Translations under genes and position numbers: made by a program
Shown: positions 40,176 through 50,150 of the stretch, in pieces
How positions within the stretch are numbered: the first letter of the stretch is position 1
How the letters are laid out: each line of letters opens with the position of its first letter
Virus record (IMG/VR): IMGVR_UViG_3300038309_000252
Coordinates: 32,001-96,000 of that record
Reading direction: 5' to 3' (one strand)
DNA from: a virus
DNA length: 64,000 nucleotides
Notes under the pieces: generated by a model
What the model was told of the DNA's origin: nothing
Database searches by the model: none
The model's input: the letters and a program-made list of their open reading frames with translations, nothing else

Positions 40176-40558
40176 ATCCATTTGATTTTGTTAATGCAAT
40201 TACAGTTTCAAAAGAAGATTTAATGCAAACACAGCAAGATGAAAAGAGTTATAATTCATTCTTGGTAAATAGAGCATTATCTTATTTTCCAGATACAATC
40301 ATGTATGCAAATGAAATAAATAAATATTATAATATACCTAAGAAATGGCAATTTGATTTCTTAAGATTATCTATTTCTAAAAGGAAACGCTTTAGTAAAT
40401 GGCACAAACCACCAATAAATACTGATGATGTTAAATTATTGCAAGATTATTATAAATATTCACAAGCGCATGCAATTGAAGCGCTTAAATTGCTAAATCC
40501 AGAACAATTGGATTTGATTAAACAATCAGTACATAAAGGTGGTACAAAAAATGAATAA
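40172..40558 (+). CDS. g62: clamp loader small subunit gp62
   Basis: Motifs FLVNRALSYFPDTI and RKRFSKW. Confidence 0.95.
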   Translation: MNPFDFVNAITVSKEDLMQTQQDEKSYNSFLVNRALSYFPDTIMYANEINKYYNIPKKWQFDFLRLSISKRKRFSKWHKPPINTDDVKLLQDYYKYSQAHAIEALKLLNPEQLDLIKQSVHKGGTKNE

Positions 40559-40991
40559 TGCGGTACTATATGATTGGAGTATTGATTCAATGTTAGAAGT
40601 TGAATTATATCTTCCAGATAATTTTCTAAAAATCAAAGAAACCCTTACAAGAATTGGTATTTCTTCAAAAAAAGAAAAGAAGCTATATCAAACTGCACAT
40701 ATCCTTCATAAGCAAGGGAAATATTATATTGTCCATTTTAAGGAATTGTTTCTTTTAGACGGAAAGAATTCTTCATTATCAGTTGAAGATATTGATAGAA
40801 GAAATGCAATTGCAAAAATACTTGAAGATTGGAAACTGTTAAAGATTTCTAAACCTTTTGAAATTGAAGTAAAATCAGTTATTTCCCAATTGAAGATTTT
40901 ACCTTTTAAAGAAAAGGTTGACTGGGAATTGGTTCCAAAGTATAATATTGGTCAACATAAGCAAATTAATAAGGTGGTAAATTATGTCTGA
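40551..40991 (+). CDS. regA: translational repressor RegA
   Basis: Motifs FLKIKETLTRIGI and HILHKQGKYYIVHFKELF. Confidence 0.97.
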   Translation: MNNAVLYDWSIDSMLEVELYLPDNFLKIKETLTRIGISSKKEKKLYQTAHILHKQGKYYIVHFKELFLLDGKNSSLSVEDIDRRNAIAKILEDWKLLKISKPFEIEVKSVISQLKILPFKEKVDWELVPKYNIGQHKQINKVVNYV

Positions 40992-41193
40992 CATTTTACA
41001 GCAAAGATTAAATCTTGAATTAACAGTAGCAGAAATTAATGTTATTCTACGTTCTCTTGGAAAGCATCCATTTGAGGAGATTGCAGGATTAATTCAAAAA
41101 ATTAAAGGTCAAGGTGAACAACAATTATCTAATTTAGAAACCCAATTTATTGATGATAATAATGATGAAAAACTAATTATTACAATGTCTTGA
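40984..41193 (+). CDS. hypothetical protein
   Basis: Coupled to regA; LELTVAEINVILRSLGKHPFEEI is a common small phage protein pattern. Confidence 0.7.
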   Translation: MSDILQQRLNLELTVAEINVILRSLGKHPFEEIAGLIQKIKGQGEQQLSNLETQFIDDNNDEKLIITMS

Positions 41194-41205
41194 ATGGATT
41201 AAATT

Positions 41206-41589
41206 ATGGTTATTAACTTTATTTCTCAAGATGAAATGTATGGAACATTGCTTACACAAGCATTAAAAATTGGAAAATCTTATGCTAATGATATTATAGC
41301 TAATATTGATTCACCATTTGAAATTAATGATTTCCCTATAGGAATTCAACAAAATATTATTGAATCTACTTGTTCTAGTTTTCCTGAAAATAGTTATATT
41401 AAACATGCATATAAAATCTTTTCTTTGCATAGGGAGGTGATAAAAGAATTCTTTATTCTCTCATGCTTAGAGCAGCAACAACATATCTATCTAACCAGAT
41501 TTTTCAAGTGTTTATCAAAACTATCAGAAACAGATAACATTGAGAATGTTATCTTAGAATCAATTAATAACATTGACTCCATGACATAA
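41206..41589 (+). CDS. hypothetical protein
   Basis: ORF within the operon, no recognisable motif. Confidence 0.55.
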   Translation: MVINFISQDEMYGTLLTQALKIGKSYANDIIANIDSPFEINDFPIGIQQNIIESTCSSFPENSYIKHAYKIFSLHREVIKEFFILSCLEQQQHIYLTRFFKCLSKLSETDNIENVILESINNIDSMT

Positions 41590-41601
41590 TTGTAGTATAC
41601 T
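41573..41601 (+). promoter_or_regulatory. sigma70 promoter of g43
   Basis: TTGACT-17bp-TATACT. Confidence 0.7.
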
Positions 41602-41631
41602 TTTTCTTTTTGAGGAAGTTCATGAGGAAAC

Positions 41632-44145
41632 ATGTATACAAATATATTTTTATATGATAATTTCTTATATGAACGTGGCATTGAAAATGGCAAGAGATAC
41701 ACTAAATCAATTGCTTTTAAACCAACAGCTTGGGTACATTCCAAACTAAATGAAAAATCTGAATTGTGGCATACTTTATTCAATGAACCTGTATATCCTA
41801 TTCAATTTGAAACAATAAATCATTTTTCTCAATTTATTAATAATTATTCATCAAAAGATATACAGGTTTATCAATCTCCTGGGCACATATATCAATATAT
41901 TGCAGAAACATATCAAGAACAATCATTTTTGACAACTAATGATATTAGTACTTTTATTATTGATATTGAAACTTCAACTGAATCTGGGTTTCCAAATCTA
42001 GAAACCGCTAATGAGGAAATACTGCTTATTTCCATAAGATCACTTGAATCAAATACAGTTATTACATGGGCAAGCAAAACAATTAATATAGCAATTGATT
42101 CTGAATATAGAGCATTTTCAACTGAAATTGAAATGCTTAAAGACTTTATTGCTTGGTGGTCAAACAACTATCCTGATGTGGTTACAGGTTGGAATAGTAA
42201 GTTTTTTGACCTACCATATTTGTATAGAAGATTAAATAAATTATTTGATGAATTAGTAGCAAATCAATTAAGTCCATTTGGAATATGTAAATTAGTTGAA
42301 GCATTTCCTATAGGACGTCAAAGCAAATCATCAAAGGTTGTAATTTCCGGAATTGCAGATTTAGATTATCTTGAACTATACAAAAAGTTTACTTATAGTA
42401 TGCAGGAATCCTATAAGCTGGATTATATTGCCAACCAAGAAATTGGTGCAAAGAAATTGGAAAATCCAGGTTCTACTTTTAAAGATTTTTATACTGATTA
42501 TTGGGATACCTTTGTCCAATACAATATTATTGATACTGAACTTGTTTTGAAGATAGATCAAAAGATGAAATTAATTGATCTTGCTTTAACTTTGTCATAC
42601 GCAGCAAAAATCAATTATGAAGATGTTTTCAGTCCAGTGAAAACTTGGGATGTAATTATCTATAACTTCTTGAATAAGAATAAGATTGTTATTCCAATAA
42701 AGACGCATAAGCAAAAAGAAGGACAATACCAAGGTGGATATGTTAAAGAACCATTAATAGGAAAACATCAATGGTGTTGTTCATTTGATGTGAATTCACT
42801 ATATCCAATGATTATGGTTCAATATAATATGAGTCCTGAAACAATAGCTCCGGAGCATTTTGAAATTACAGTTAATGAGTTATTAGATAATCCTCAAAAG
42901 ATAAACAAATACAAACAATTTATTGATAAGAAAAATTATGCATTATCTGCTAATGGCGTTTGTTTTAAGAAAGATCGTAAAGGTATTTTGCCGTCATTAG
43001 TCCAATATTATTATGATATGCGTGTTGTAACTAAGAAAGAAATGCTTAAAATTAAGCAGCAATTAGAGACAACAAATAATGATGAAAGACAAGATTTAGA
43101 ATCAAAAATTGCTTCTTTGAATAATCAGCAAATGGCATATAAAATTCTTCTTAATTCATTATATGGTGCTTGTGGTACTCCATATTTTAGATATTTTGAC
43201 ACCAGAATTGCTGAAGGAATTACTCTATCTGGGCAATTATCAATTAGATGGATTGAGAATAGATTAAATCAATTTTTGAAACAATTAATGAAAGATGATA
43301 AAGATAGAGTAGTTTTGGTAGATACAGATTCAGTTGTTATTACCATGGATGATTTTGTAAAACAAGTTTATAAAGATAAACAACTATCATCAGAACAAAT
43401 AACAAAAAGCATTGAAAAAGTTGCTAATCAAAAACTTCAAAAAGTTATTGAAACTGGATTTATTGATTTATTTAATTTAATGAATGCATATGAACAAAAA
43501 ATGGTCATGAAATTAGAAAATGTTATTGATGTGATGATAACAGTTAGCAAGAAACGTTATGTAATGTCAGTTCACATTAGTGAAGGAATCCAGTATAAAT
43601 CTCCAAAGCTAAAAATTATGGGTTTGCAAGTCATCAAAACAAGTACACCGTATGTTATTAGAAATAAGCTAAAGGATTCATTACCAATAGCTCTTTATCA
43701 AACAGAAAAAGACATTCAAGATTATGTTAGTGCGTTTGAAGATGAGTTTAATTCATTTACAGCAGAGGAAATTGCATTTCCTAGATCAGTATCTGATATT
43801 GATAAGTTTATGAATAAATCAACAATTTATGGAAAAGGAACACCTATTCATGTCAGAGGATCATTGTTGTATAATTGGTATATTAAAAAGTTAAAATTAG
43901 AAAATAAATATCGGTTAATTCAAAGTGGTGATAAAATCAAGTTTTTATATTTGAAAATGCCTAATATAATTCACGAGGATTGCATTGCTTTTATTGATAA
44001 ATTGCCTGTTGAGTTTAAGTTAAAGGAGTATATTGATTATAAAACTATGTTTGAAAAAACTTTCTTTGATCCTGTACAAGATATTATTCAATCATTAAAT
44101 TGGTCTGCTAAGAAACAATCAACATTAGAAAACTTTTTTTCATAA
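41632..44145 (+). CDS. g43: family B DNA polymerase gp43
   Basis: Motifs DIET, TGWN..FD, SFDVNSLYP, KILLNSLYG, DTDS and KKRY; C-terminal clamp-binding LENFF. Confidence 0.98.
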   Translation: MYTNIFLYDNFLYERGIENGKRYTKSIAFKPTAWVHSKLNEKSELWHTLFNEPVYPIQFETINHFSQFINNYSSKDIQVYQSPGHIYQYIAETYQEQSFLTTNDISTFIIDIETSTESGFPNLETANEEILLISIRSLESNTVITWASKTINIAIDSEYRAFSTEIEMLKDFIAWWSNNYPDVVTGWNSKFFDLPYLYRRLNKLFDELVANQLSPFGICKLVEAFPIGRQSKSSKVVISGIADLDYLELYKKFTYSMQESYKLDYIANQEIGAKKLENPGSTFKDFYTDYWDTFVQYNIIDTELVLKIDQKMKLIDLALTLSYAAKINYEDVFSPVKTWDVIIYNFLNKNKIVIPIKTHKQKEGQYQGGYVKEPLIGKHQWCCSFDVNSLYPMIMVQYNMSPETIAPEHFEITVNELLDNPQKINKYKQFIDKKNYALSANGVCFKKDRKGILPSLVQYYYDMRVVTKKEMLKIKQQLETTNNDERQDLESKIASLNNQQMAYKILLNSLYGACGTPYFRYFDTRIAEGITLSGQLSIRWIENRLNQFLKQLMKDDKDRVVLVDTDSVVITMDDFVKQVYKDKQLSSEQITKSIEKVANQKLQKVIETGFIDLFNLMNAYEQKMVMKLENVIDVMITVSKKRYVMSVHISEGIQYKSPKLKIMGLQVIKTSTPYVIRNKLKDSLPIALYQTEKDIQDYVSAFEDEFNSFTAEEIAFPRSVSDIDKFMNKSTIYGKGTPIHVRGSLLYNWYIKKLKLENKYRLIQSGDKIKFLYLKMPNIIHEDCIAFIDKLPVEFKLKEYIDYKTMFEKTFFDPVQDIIQSLNWSAKKQSTLENFFS

Positions 44146-44157
44146 TGAGGAATAATC

Positions 44158-44418
44158 ATGAAAATTCTTAAATTTACTTCTTCATGGTGTGGTGCATGTG
44201 TTATTTTTGATAGAGAAGTAATTAGTAAATATCAAGGTAATATTCCAATTGAAACTATCGATATTGATAAAAACCTTGATTTGAGTTCAAAATATAGAAT
44301 TGATTTTGTGCCAACATGTATTTTTGTTGATGATAATAATAAAGAGATCAAAAGAATTGTTGGTTTAATTTCATTTAATGATTTTCTATTATCAATTGCT
44401 AAAGAAGGTGTGGAATGA
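44158..44418 (+). CDS. thioredoxin
   Basis: KFTSSWCGAC and VPT. Confidence 0.88.
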   Translation: MKILKFTSSWCGACVIFDREVISKYQGNIPIETIDIDKNLDLSSKYRIDFVPTCIFVDDNNKEIKRIVGLISFNDFLLSIAKEGVE

Positions 44419-45491
44419 GTATTATTCAAAAGATTCGTAAAAATAGTTTAATTAGTCAAACATCTTTATTACCTGAAGCTGATGTTATCCTATCAAAGGA
44501 TACTATTCCAACATCAATCCCTGCATTGAATATTGCTCTTGGTGGTAGTTTAGAAGGTGGTTTACAGTCTGGAATTACTACATGGGCAGGACCATCTAAA
44601 CATTTTAAATCAATGTTTAGTTTAATTATGGCAAAGGGATATCTTGACAAATACTCTGATGGTGCATTGTTGTTCTATGATTCCGAATTTGGAACACCAA
44701 TAGGTTATTTTGATACTTTAGGTATTGATACTTCTAGAGTTATTCATTCACCTATTACAGATGTAGAGCAATTAAAGTTTGATCTTATGAATCAATTATC
44801 TAATTTTGAAAGAACAGACCATGTAATTATTATCATTGATTCAATTGGCAATTTAGCATCAAAAAAAGAAGTTGATGATGCTTTGGATCAAAAGTCTACA
44901 GCAGATATGAGTAGGGCAAAACAATTTAAGTCTTTGTTTAGAATGGTTACTCCGCATCTTATCCTTAAAGATATTCCAATGGTTGTTGTTAATCATACTT
45001 ACAAAACTATGGAACTTTATTCTAGAGATGTTGTTTCTGGAGGAACTGGCAGTTATTATTCTAGTAATATAATTTTTATTTTAGGGAGACAACAAGAAAA
45101 AGAAGGTTCTGATCTTGCTGGATGGAATTTCATTATTAATGTTGAAAAATCAAGGTTAGTTAAAGAAAAGAGCAAGATTCCAATTACTGTCAAATTTAAT
45201 AGTGGATTATCAAAATGGTCTGGTCTAATGGATATTGCCTTAGAAGCTAAGGCAGTAATTCAACCATCTAATAGATCATATTCTAGAGTAAATATGGAAA
45301 CTGGAGAAGTTGAAGCTAAAAAATGGAAATTAGTAGATACAGATTGTGCAGAGTTTTGGGAACCAATTTTACAGCAAAAGGAATTCAAAGAATGGATTGC
45401 AGATAGATATCAAGTTAGTTCTGGTTCTTTAATTAGTGATAAAGATATTGATCAAGAGTTTGAAAAAGATGAGCAGCAAATTGATGTATAA
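44415..45491 (+). CDS. uvsX: RecA-like recombinase UvsX
   Basis: Motifs AGPSKHFKS, FYDSEFG, DSIGNLASKKE and VVSGGTG. Confidence 0.97.
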   Translation: MSIIQKIRKNSLISQTSLLPEADVILSKDTIPTSIPALNIALGGSLEGGLQSGITTWAGPSKHFKSMFSLIMAKGYLDKYSDGALLFYDSEFGTPIGYFDTLGIDTSRVIHSPITDVEQLKFDLMNQLSNFERTDHVIIIIDSIGNLASKKEVDDALDQKSTADMSRAKQFKSLFRMVTPHLILKDIPMVVVNHTYKTMELYSRDVVSGGTGSYYSSNIIFILGRQQEKEGSDLAGWNFIINVEKSRLVKEKSKIPITVKFNSGLSKWSGLMDIALEAKAVIQPSNRSYSRVNMETGEVEAKKWKLVDTDCAEFWEPILQQKEFKEWIADRYQVSSGSLISDKDIDQEFEKDEQQIDV

Positions 45492-45780
45492 TATTCAAGG
45501 TGAATGGATTGAATTAACTAGTGGCAAATATACTGGTGTAATATACAAATATGGAAGAGTCCAATTCTCTATTCTTAATGAAAAAACAAGTAATGAATCT
45601 CTAAAATGTAGCTTCCAATATAATCTTCATCCAAAGTCCAAAGAAGTTAAAGAAACTTCAAACTTTATTTCACATATTGGACAAATATTAATGAAATTAA
45701 TTGATCAAGGTTTAATTGATAATTCAATTATCTATACAGGTGGTAGTGATAATGAGGTTCGAACAGAAATTATTGACTAA
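45469..45780 (+). CDS. gp40-like head assembly chaperone
   Basis: IELTSGKYTGVIYKYGRV..FISHIGQIL; between uvsX and g41. Confidence 0.7.
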   Translation: MSSKLMYNIQGEWIELTSGKYTGVIYKYGRVQFSILNEKTSNESLKCSFQYNLHPKSKEVKETSNFISHIGQILMKLIDQGLIDNSIIYTGGSDNEVRTEIID

Positions 45781-47131
45781 TTTGATTCATAATGAAGAGT
45801 TTGCTAGAAAAGTTATTCCATTCTTAGATACAAGTTATTTCCATCAGCAATCAGAAAAGGTGATTGCTGAATCTATCATCAAGTTTTTTACAAAGTATAA
45901 TAAGCAACCAACAACAGATATTATCAATATAGAACTTCAGCAATTAGATACTATTTCTGATAAAGAATTAAATGAATGTATTGAACTTATTAATCAATTT
46001 AAAAAAGATGATTCTGATCTAAGATGGTTAATCCAAAAAACTGAAGAATTTTGTAAAAACAAAGCGATTTACAATGCTATTGTTCGTGGTATTAAGATTA
46101 TCGAGGGAAAAGATACCAAATTATCACAGGATGCTATTCCAAAGATTCTTTCAGATGCTTTGGCAGTTTCATTTGATACTGATATAGGTCATGATTATAT
46201 TGATGATGCTGATTTAAGATTTGATTTCTATAGAAAGGTTGAAGAAAAAATATCTTTTGATTTAGATTTGATGAATACCATTACAAATGGTGGATTGTCA
46301 AGAAAATCTCTTAATGTAATTTTAGCTGGAACTGGTGCTGGAAAATCTTTGTTTATGTGTCATACAGCAGCAAATGCTTTATCACAAGGCAATAATGTTT
46401 TATACATTACTTTAGAAATGGCAGAAGAAAGAATTGCAGAAAGGATAGATGCAAATCTATTTGATATCAATATTGACCAATTGAAATCACTTGATCAAGA
46501 AAAATATCAAAACCGAATTAAGCAAATTGCTAGTAAAACACATGGAAAATTGATTATCAAGGAATACCCAACTGCTGCAGCACATTCTGGTCATTTTAGA
46601 GCATTGATAGAAGAATTAAAAGTAAAGAGACAATTTATTCCAGATTTGCTTATTATAGATTACTTGAATATTTGTTCTAGTGCTAGAATTAAATTAGGTA
46701 CATCAGCAAATACCTATATGTTTGTTAAAGCTATAGCAGAAGAATTACGTGGATTAGCAGTAGAATACAATGTTCCTCTTCTAACAGCAACACAAACAAA
46801 TAGAACTGGATTTGATAATTCAGATGTGAATATAACAGATACAAGTGAAAGTTTTGGATTGCCTGCTACATCTGATTTGATGTTTGCTTTAATTCGAACA
46901 GAACAGTTGGATGTTGTCAATCAGATTTTAATAAAGCAATTAAAAAATAGATATTCAGATCCAGCATCTAATAAAAGATTTGCTATTGGTGTTGATAGAG
47001 AAAAGATGAAATTATATAATCTTGCTAATAATCAACAAGATGAATGGGTAGATTTTGGAAATCAAGAAGCTTTTGAATATCGACCAAAACTAAATAATAG
47101 GAGTAATGATTATAATAGTTTCAATTTCTGA
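45752..47131 (+). CDS. g41: replicative helicase gp41
   Basis: Motifs LAGTGAGKSL, TLEMAEERIAERIDAN, IDYLNIC and SESFGLPAT. Confidence 0.97.
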   Translation: MRFEQKLLTNLIHNEEFARKVIPFLDTSYFHQQSEKVIAESIIKFFTKYNKQPTTDIINIELQQLDTISDKELNECIELINQFKKDDSDLRWLIQKTEEFCKNKAIYNAIVRGIKIIEGKDTKLSQDAIPKILSDALAVSFDTDIGHDYIDDADLRFDFYRKVEEKISFDLDLMNTITNGGLSRKSLNVILAGTGAGKSLFMCHTAANALSQGNNVLYITLEMAEERIAERIDANLFDINIDQLKSLDQEKYQNRIKQIASKTHGKLIIKEYPTAAAHSGHFRALIEELKVKRQFIPDLLIIDYLNICSSARIKLGTSANTYMFVKAIAEELRGLAVEYNVPLLTATQTNRTGFDNSDVNITDTSESFGLPATSDLMFALIRTEQLDVVNQILIKQLKNRYSDPASNKRFAIGVDREKMKLYNLANNQQDEWVDFGNQEAFEYRPKLNNRSNDYNSFNF

Positions 47132-47298
47132 TAATAAAAATGCAAGACAAAATCAATGTCAAAGACCAAATAAATCTAGTATTAAATGGTCATCCAAATG
47201 TAAATAAGGATCAAAAACCACAGATTAAATTATCAGAATTACCTCCGCTTAAACCTAGAACTTTATGAATTTCTTAACAAAAACCACTAGATACTTTT

Positions 47299-47307
47299 TA
47301 CTAAATA
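47299..47307 (+). promoter_or_regulatory. late promoter
   Basis: TACTAAATA. Confidence 0.6.
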
Positions 47308-47355
47308 ATACACTTGGAGATTAGGATCATCTGGGTTACTTTAGTGTAATTCATG

Positions 47356-47376
47356 AAATCCACATGTGGATTTTTT
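47356..47376 (+). terminator. putative terminator
   Basis: Palindrome AAATCCACATGTGGATTT followed by TTT. Confidence 0.55.
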
Positions 47377-47403
47377 GCTATATATTAAATAATTTGACCA
47401 TTA

Positions 47404-48888
47404 ATGGAACATTCACTTATGCTAAACATATTTTCATTTCGATCATATATTGATAACATCTTAACTGAAGCTACAAAAGCAGAATTAGATTTACAAAAAG
47501 AAAATAATTATAAGTTTATTAATCAAATTATGTCTGAAATTGAGTTTGATGGTAAGTATACAATTGAAGGTTCAACTACTTTAATTTTAAGAATTCAAAC
47601 AAAAGAACCTAATGTTAGATTTTTAGTTAAACAACAATTTGAAAAATGGTTAGCATCACATAGTTATCAACTTGATCCTAATAATGATCTTAAAAATACA
47701 TCATTAATTATTAAACCTGATGGTTCTACTCTAAAACTTGTTTTTAAAGACGAAACTGGTGGTGTATCTGGTGGTAGTAAATTAGCTGGTGATTCTGAAT
47801 CAGCACAATGTTTGTATGCTGCTGTTTTATTAGGTGGATTTGCTTTAGATAAACCAGAAGATTTTTTAGATCATTATAAATCTATATTATCAAATTGTGA
47901 TATTCCATCTAAAGCATTGGATACAGTTCTAAAAACTATTGTTCCAAATCCAGACTGGGCACAATCTTGTATTAAAGTTGCGCATGGTATTAATAATTTT
48001 CTAGTTACCAAAAGAAAAGCATCAGATAAATTAGCAAAATATACTTTTCATAGAGGTTCAACTGTAGTTAAAAAAATTAATGCATTTTTTGAAAAAGCAA
48101 AAACTGAGTATAATTTATTAGCTAAGAATGATGATGATGCTCCAATATGCCCAAATGATGTCAATAAATGGAATCCAGCAGATATTTGGTTGTTAACACC
48201 ACAAGCAATTTCTAAAATTAACGCATTTAATCCAGCATCATTAGCTGATCTTAATGATTTTATTTTACAATTATATAATGACAATGAAGGTTTTGGCATT
48301 TCATTAAAAAAACTTAGTAAAAATAGTACAGTTAGTTTACAAGTTAATAATCATCCTTCTGATCCTGATTCATATAATGTTGACGCTGCTTTTAAAGAAT
48401 TTATGTGTACTTCAGATTCAAATAATGGTTATATTGTAGCTGATCTTCATGGTGAGCAAATATTAATTCAGTTTAGAGTATTTGAAGGATTTAGCTGGAG
48501 GTGTGAAATTAAAGGTAAAGCTGCTTCACATGGAAAAGCAGGATTTGGTGTAATTAATCAATTATTAAAAAGAGTATCAAAAATTACATTATCACCAGAA
48601 AATGAAGTCAAAACAATATTGAAAACTGGAAAAGGAAAAGAAATTATTGAATCAAGATATAATCAACTTGTTAACAGTACTTTTATAAGAAGTAAAGATA
48701 AAGGATTAAAATTAAGCTCTTTAGATAATTATGATATTAGATGGCAGTTTTCAAAGTATATGGTATTAGAATTATTTACAATTTTAATGTCACTAACACC
48801 TCAACAAAGAAATCGATTTACTCATGATATAGTTGCTTATGCTAAATCACAAACAGAGTTTTCTTCAGTATATATAAAGTTTGAGTAA
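47404..48888 (+). CDS. putative PD-(D/E)xK nuclease-fold protein, probably head-packaged
   Basis: ESAQCLY, KWNPADIWL and GISLKK; N-terminal FSFRSY..LTE leader. Confidence 0.6.
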   Translation: MEHSLMLNIFSFRSYIDNILTEATKAELDLQKENNYKFINQIMSEIEFDGKYTIEGSTTLILRIQTKEPNVRFLVKQQFEKWLASHSYQLDPNNDLKNTSLIIKPDGSTLKLVFKDETGGVSGGSKLAGDSESAQCLYAAVLLGGFALDKPEDFLDHYKSILSNCDIPSKALDTVLKTIVPNPDWAQSCIKVAHGINNFLVTKRKASDKLAKYTFHRGSTVVKKINAFFEKAKTEYNLLAKNDDDAPICPNDVNKWNPADIWLLTPQAISKINAFNPASLADLNDFILQLYNDNEGFGISLKKLSKNSTVSLQVNNHPSDPDSYNVDAAFKEFMCTSDSNNGYIVADLHGEQILIQFRVFEGFSWRCEIKGKAASHGKAGFGVINQLLKRVSKITLSPENEVKTILKTGKGKEIIESRYNQLVNSTFIRSKDKGLKLSSLDNYDIRWQFSKYMVLELFTILMSLTPQQRNRFTHDIVAYAKSQTEFSSVYIKFE

Positions 48889-48890
48889 AC

Positions 48891-50150
48891 ATGTTATCAT
48901 TTCGTCAATATATTTCAAAAATTATTACAGAACAATTTCTTGTTGAAGAACAGAATGTTCACATGACTCATGTTGAAGATTTAGTTCTAATAGACGGTTC
49001 AAAAGGCGCTACTCAAGCAATTGCTTTTTTAAATGATTTGCTAAGCATGTTATCTGGTAATAGTAAATCTAGTGTAACTGCAACTGTAAAATGGGATGGT
49101 GCTCCTGCTATTTTTGCTGGTATTGATCCATCTGATAATAAGTTCTTTGTTGCAAAAAAGGGATTATTTAATAAAACTCCTTTAGTATATAAGACACCAC
49201 AAGATATTGCTGCTGATTCTAAAATGTCACCTGATTTAGCTAATAAGATGAATATAGCTCTAGATGAATTCAAAAAATTAGGAATCAAATCTGGAGTAAT
49301 TCAAGGCGATATTATGTTTACAAATGATACTTTGAAAAAAGAAGATATTAAAGGTGAAACATACATTACATTTCATCCAAATACTATTGTATATGCTATT
49401 CCGTATGATAGCGATTTAGGACAACAAATCAGAAAAGCAAAGATTGGTGTTGTTTGGCATACTAAATATACTGGTTCTTCTTTTGAATCAATGCAAGCGG
49501 AATTTGGTCGACCAATTTCAGAAACCTTAAAGAAAGTACCTTCTGTATGGATGGATGATGCCACATATAAAGATTATTCTGGTGTCGCAACATTTACTGC
49601 TAATGAGTCAAAACAGGTTAAAGCATTATTATCTAAAGCAAATCAATTATTAGCAAAACTTAAAATATTAGATAATATTAGTTCTGATACAGAACTTACA
49701 ACATTAATACAAACTTTCAATAATTCAATTATTAGGGCAGGTGAAAAAGTTGCTGATCCTATAAATCATGTAGCAATGCTTATTCAATGGATTAAGAATA
49801 GGTATGAAGGTATTATTGCTAGTAAAAAACAAGAAGCAACAAAGAAAAAGTTTCAAGATGAATGTGACAAAATAGTAAAGAAACTAGAAGATAATAAACA
49901 GCAAATAATTCTAATGTATCAATTTATAAATAATTTAGTCGATATCAAACAATTGATTATTGCTAAGATGAATCAAGCTAGTCATATTAATACTTTTATA
50001 AAAGATGCCTCAGGGTTTCATGTAACTGGAGTAGAAGGATTTGTTGCTATTGATCATTTAACAGGTAATGCTGTAAAGATTGTTGATAGAATGGAGTTTT
50101 CGAAAAATAATTTTAGCTCAGAAATTATAAAAGGATGGCAAAAAAGTTGA
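48891..50150 (+). CDS. ATP-dependent ligase-like covalent nucleotidyltransferase, probably head-packaged
   Basis: Motif I TVKWDG, III IQGDIMF, IV EGFV and V VKIV; leader MLSFRQY..ITE. Confidence 0.65.
   Translation: MLSFRQYISKIITEQFLVEEQNVHMTHVEDLVLIDGSKGATQAIAFLNDLLSMLSGNSKSSVTATVKWDGAPAIFAGIDPSDNKFFVAKKGLFNKTPLVYKTPQDIAADSKMSPDLANKMNIALDEFKKLGIKSGVIQGDIMFTNDTLKKEDIKGETYITFHPNTIVYAIPYDSDLGQQIRKAKIGVVWHTKYTGSSFESMQAEFGRPISETLKKVPSVWMDDATYKDYSGVATFTANESKQVKALLSKANQLLAKLKILDNISSDTELTTLIQTFNNSIIRAGEKVADPINHVAMLIQWIKNRYEGIIASKKQEATKKKFQDECDKIVKKLEDNKQQIILMYQFINNLVDIKQLIIAKMNQASHINTFIKDASGFHVTGVEGFVAIDHLTGNAVKIVDRMEFSKNNFSSEIIKGWQKS

Noticed and set aside
43309-43340. Unusual LVDTDS polymerase motif C as a sign of modified-base use
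   Set aside because: The catalytic DTDS is intact and the preceding residues vary among gp43 homologs.
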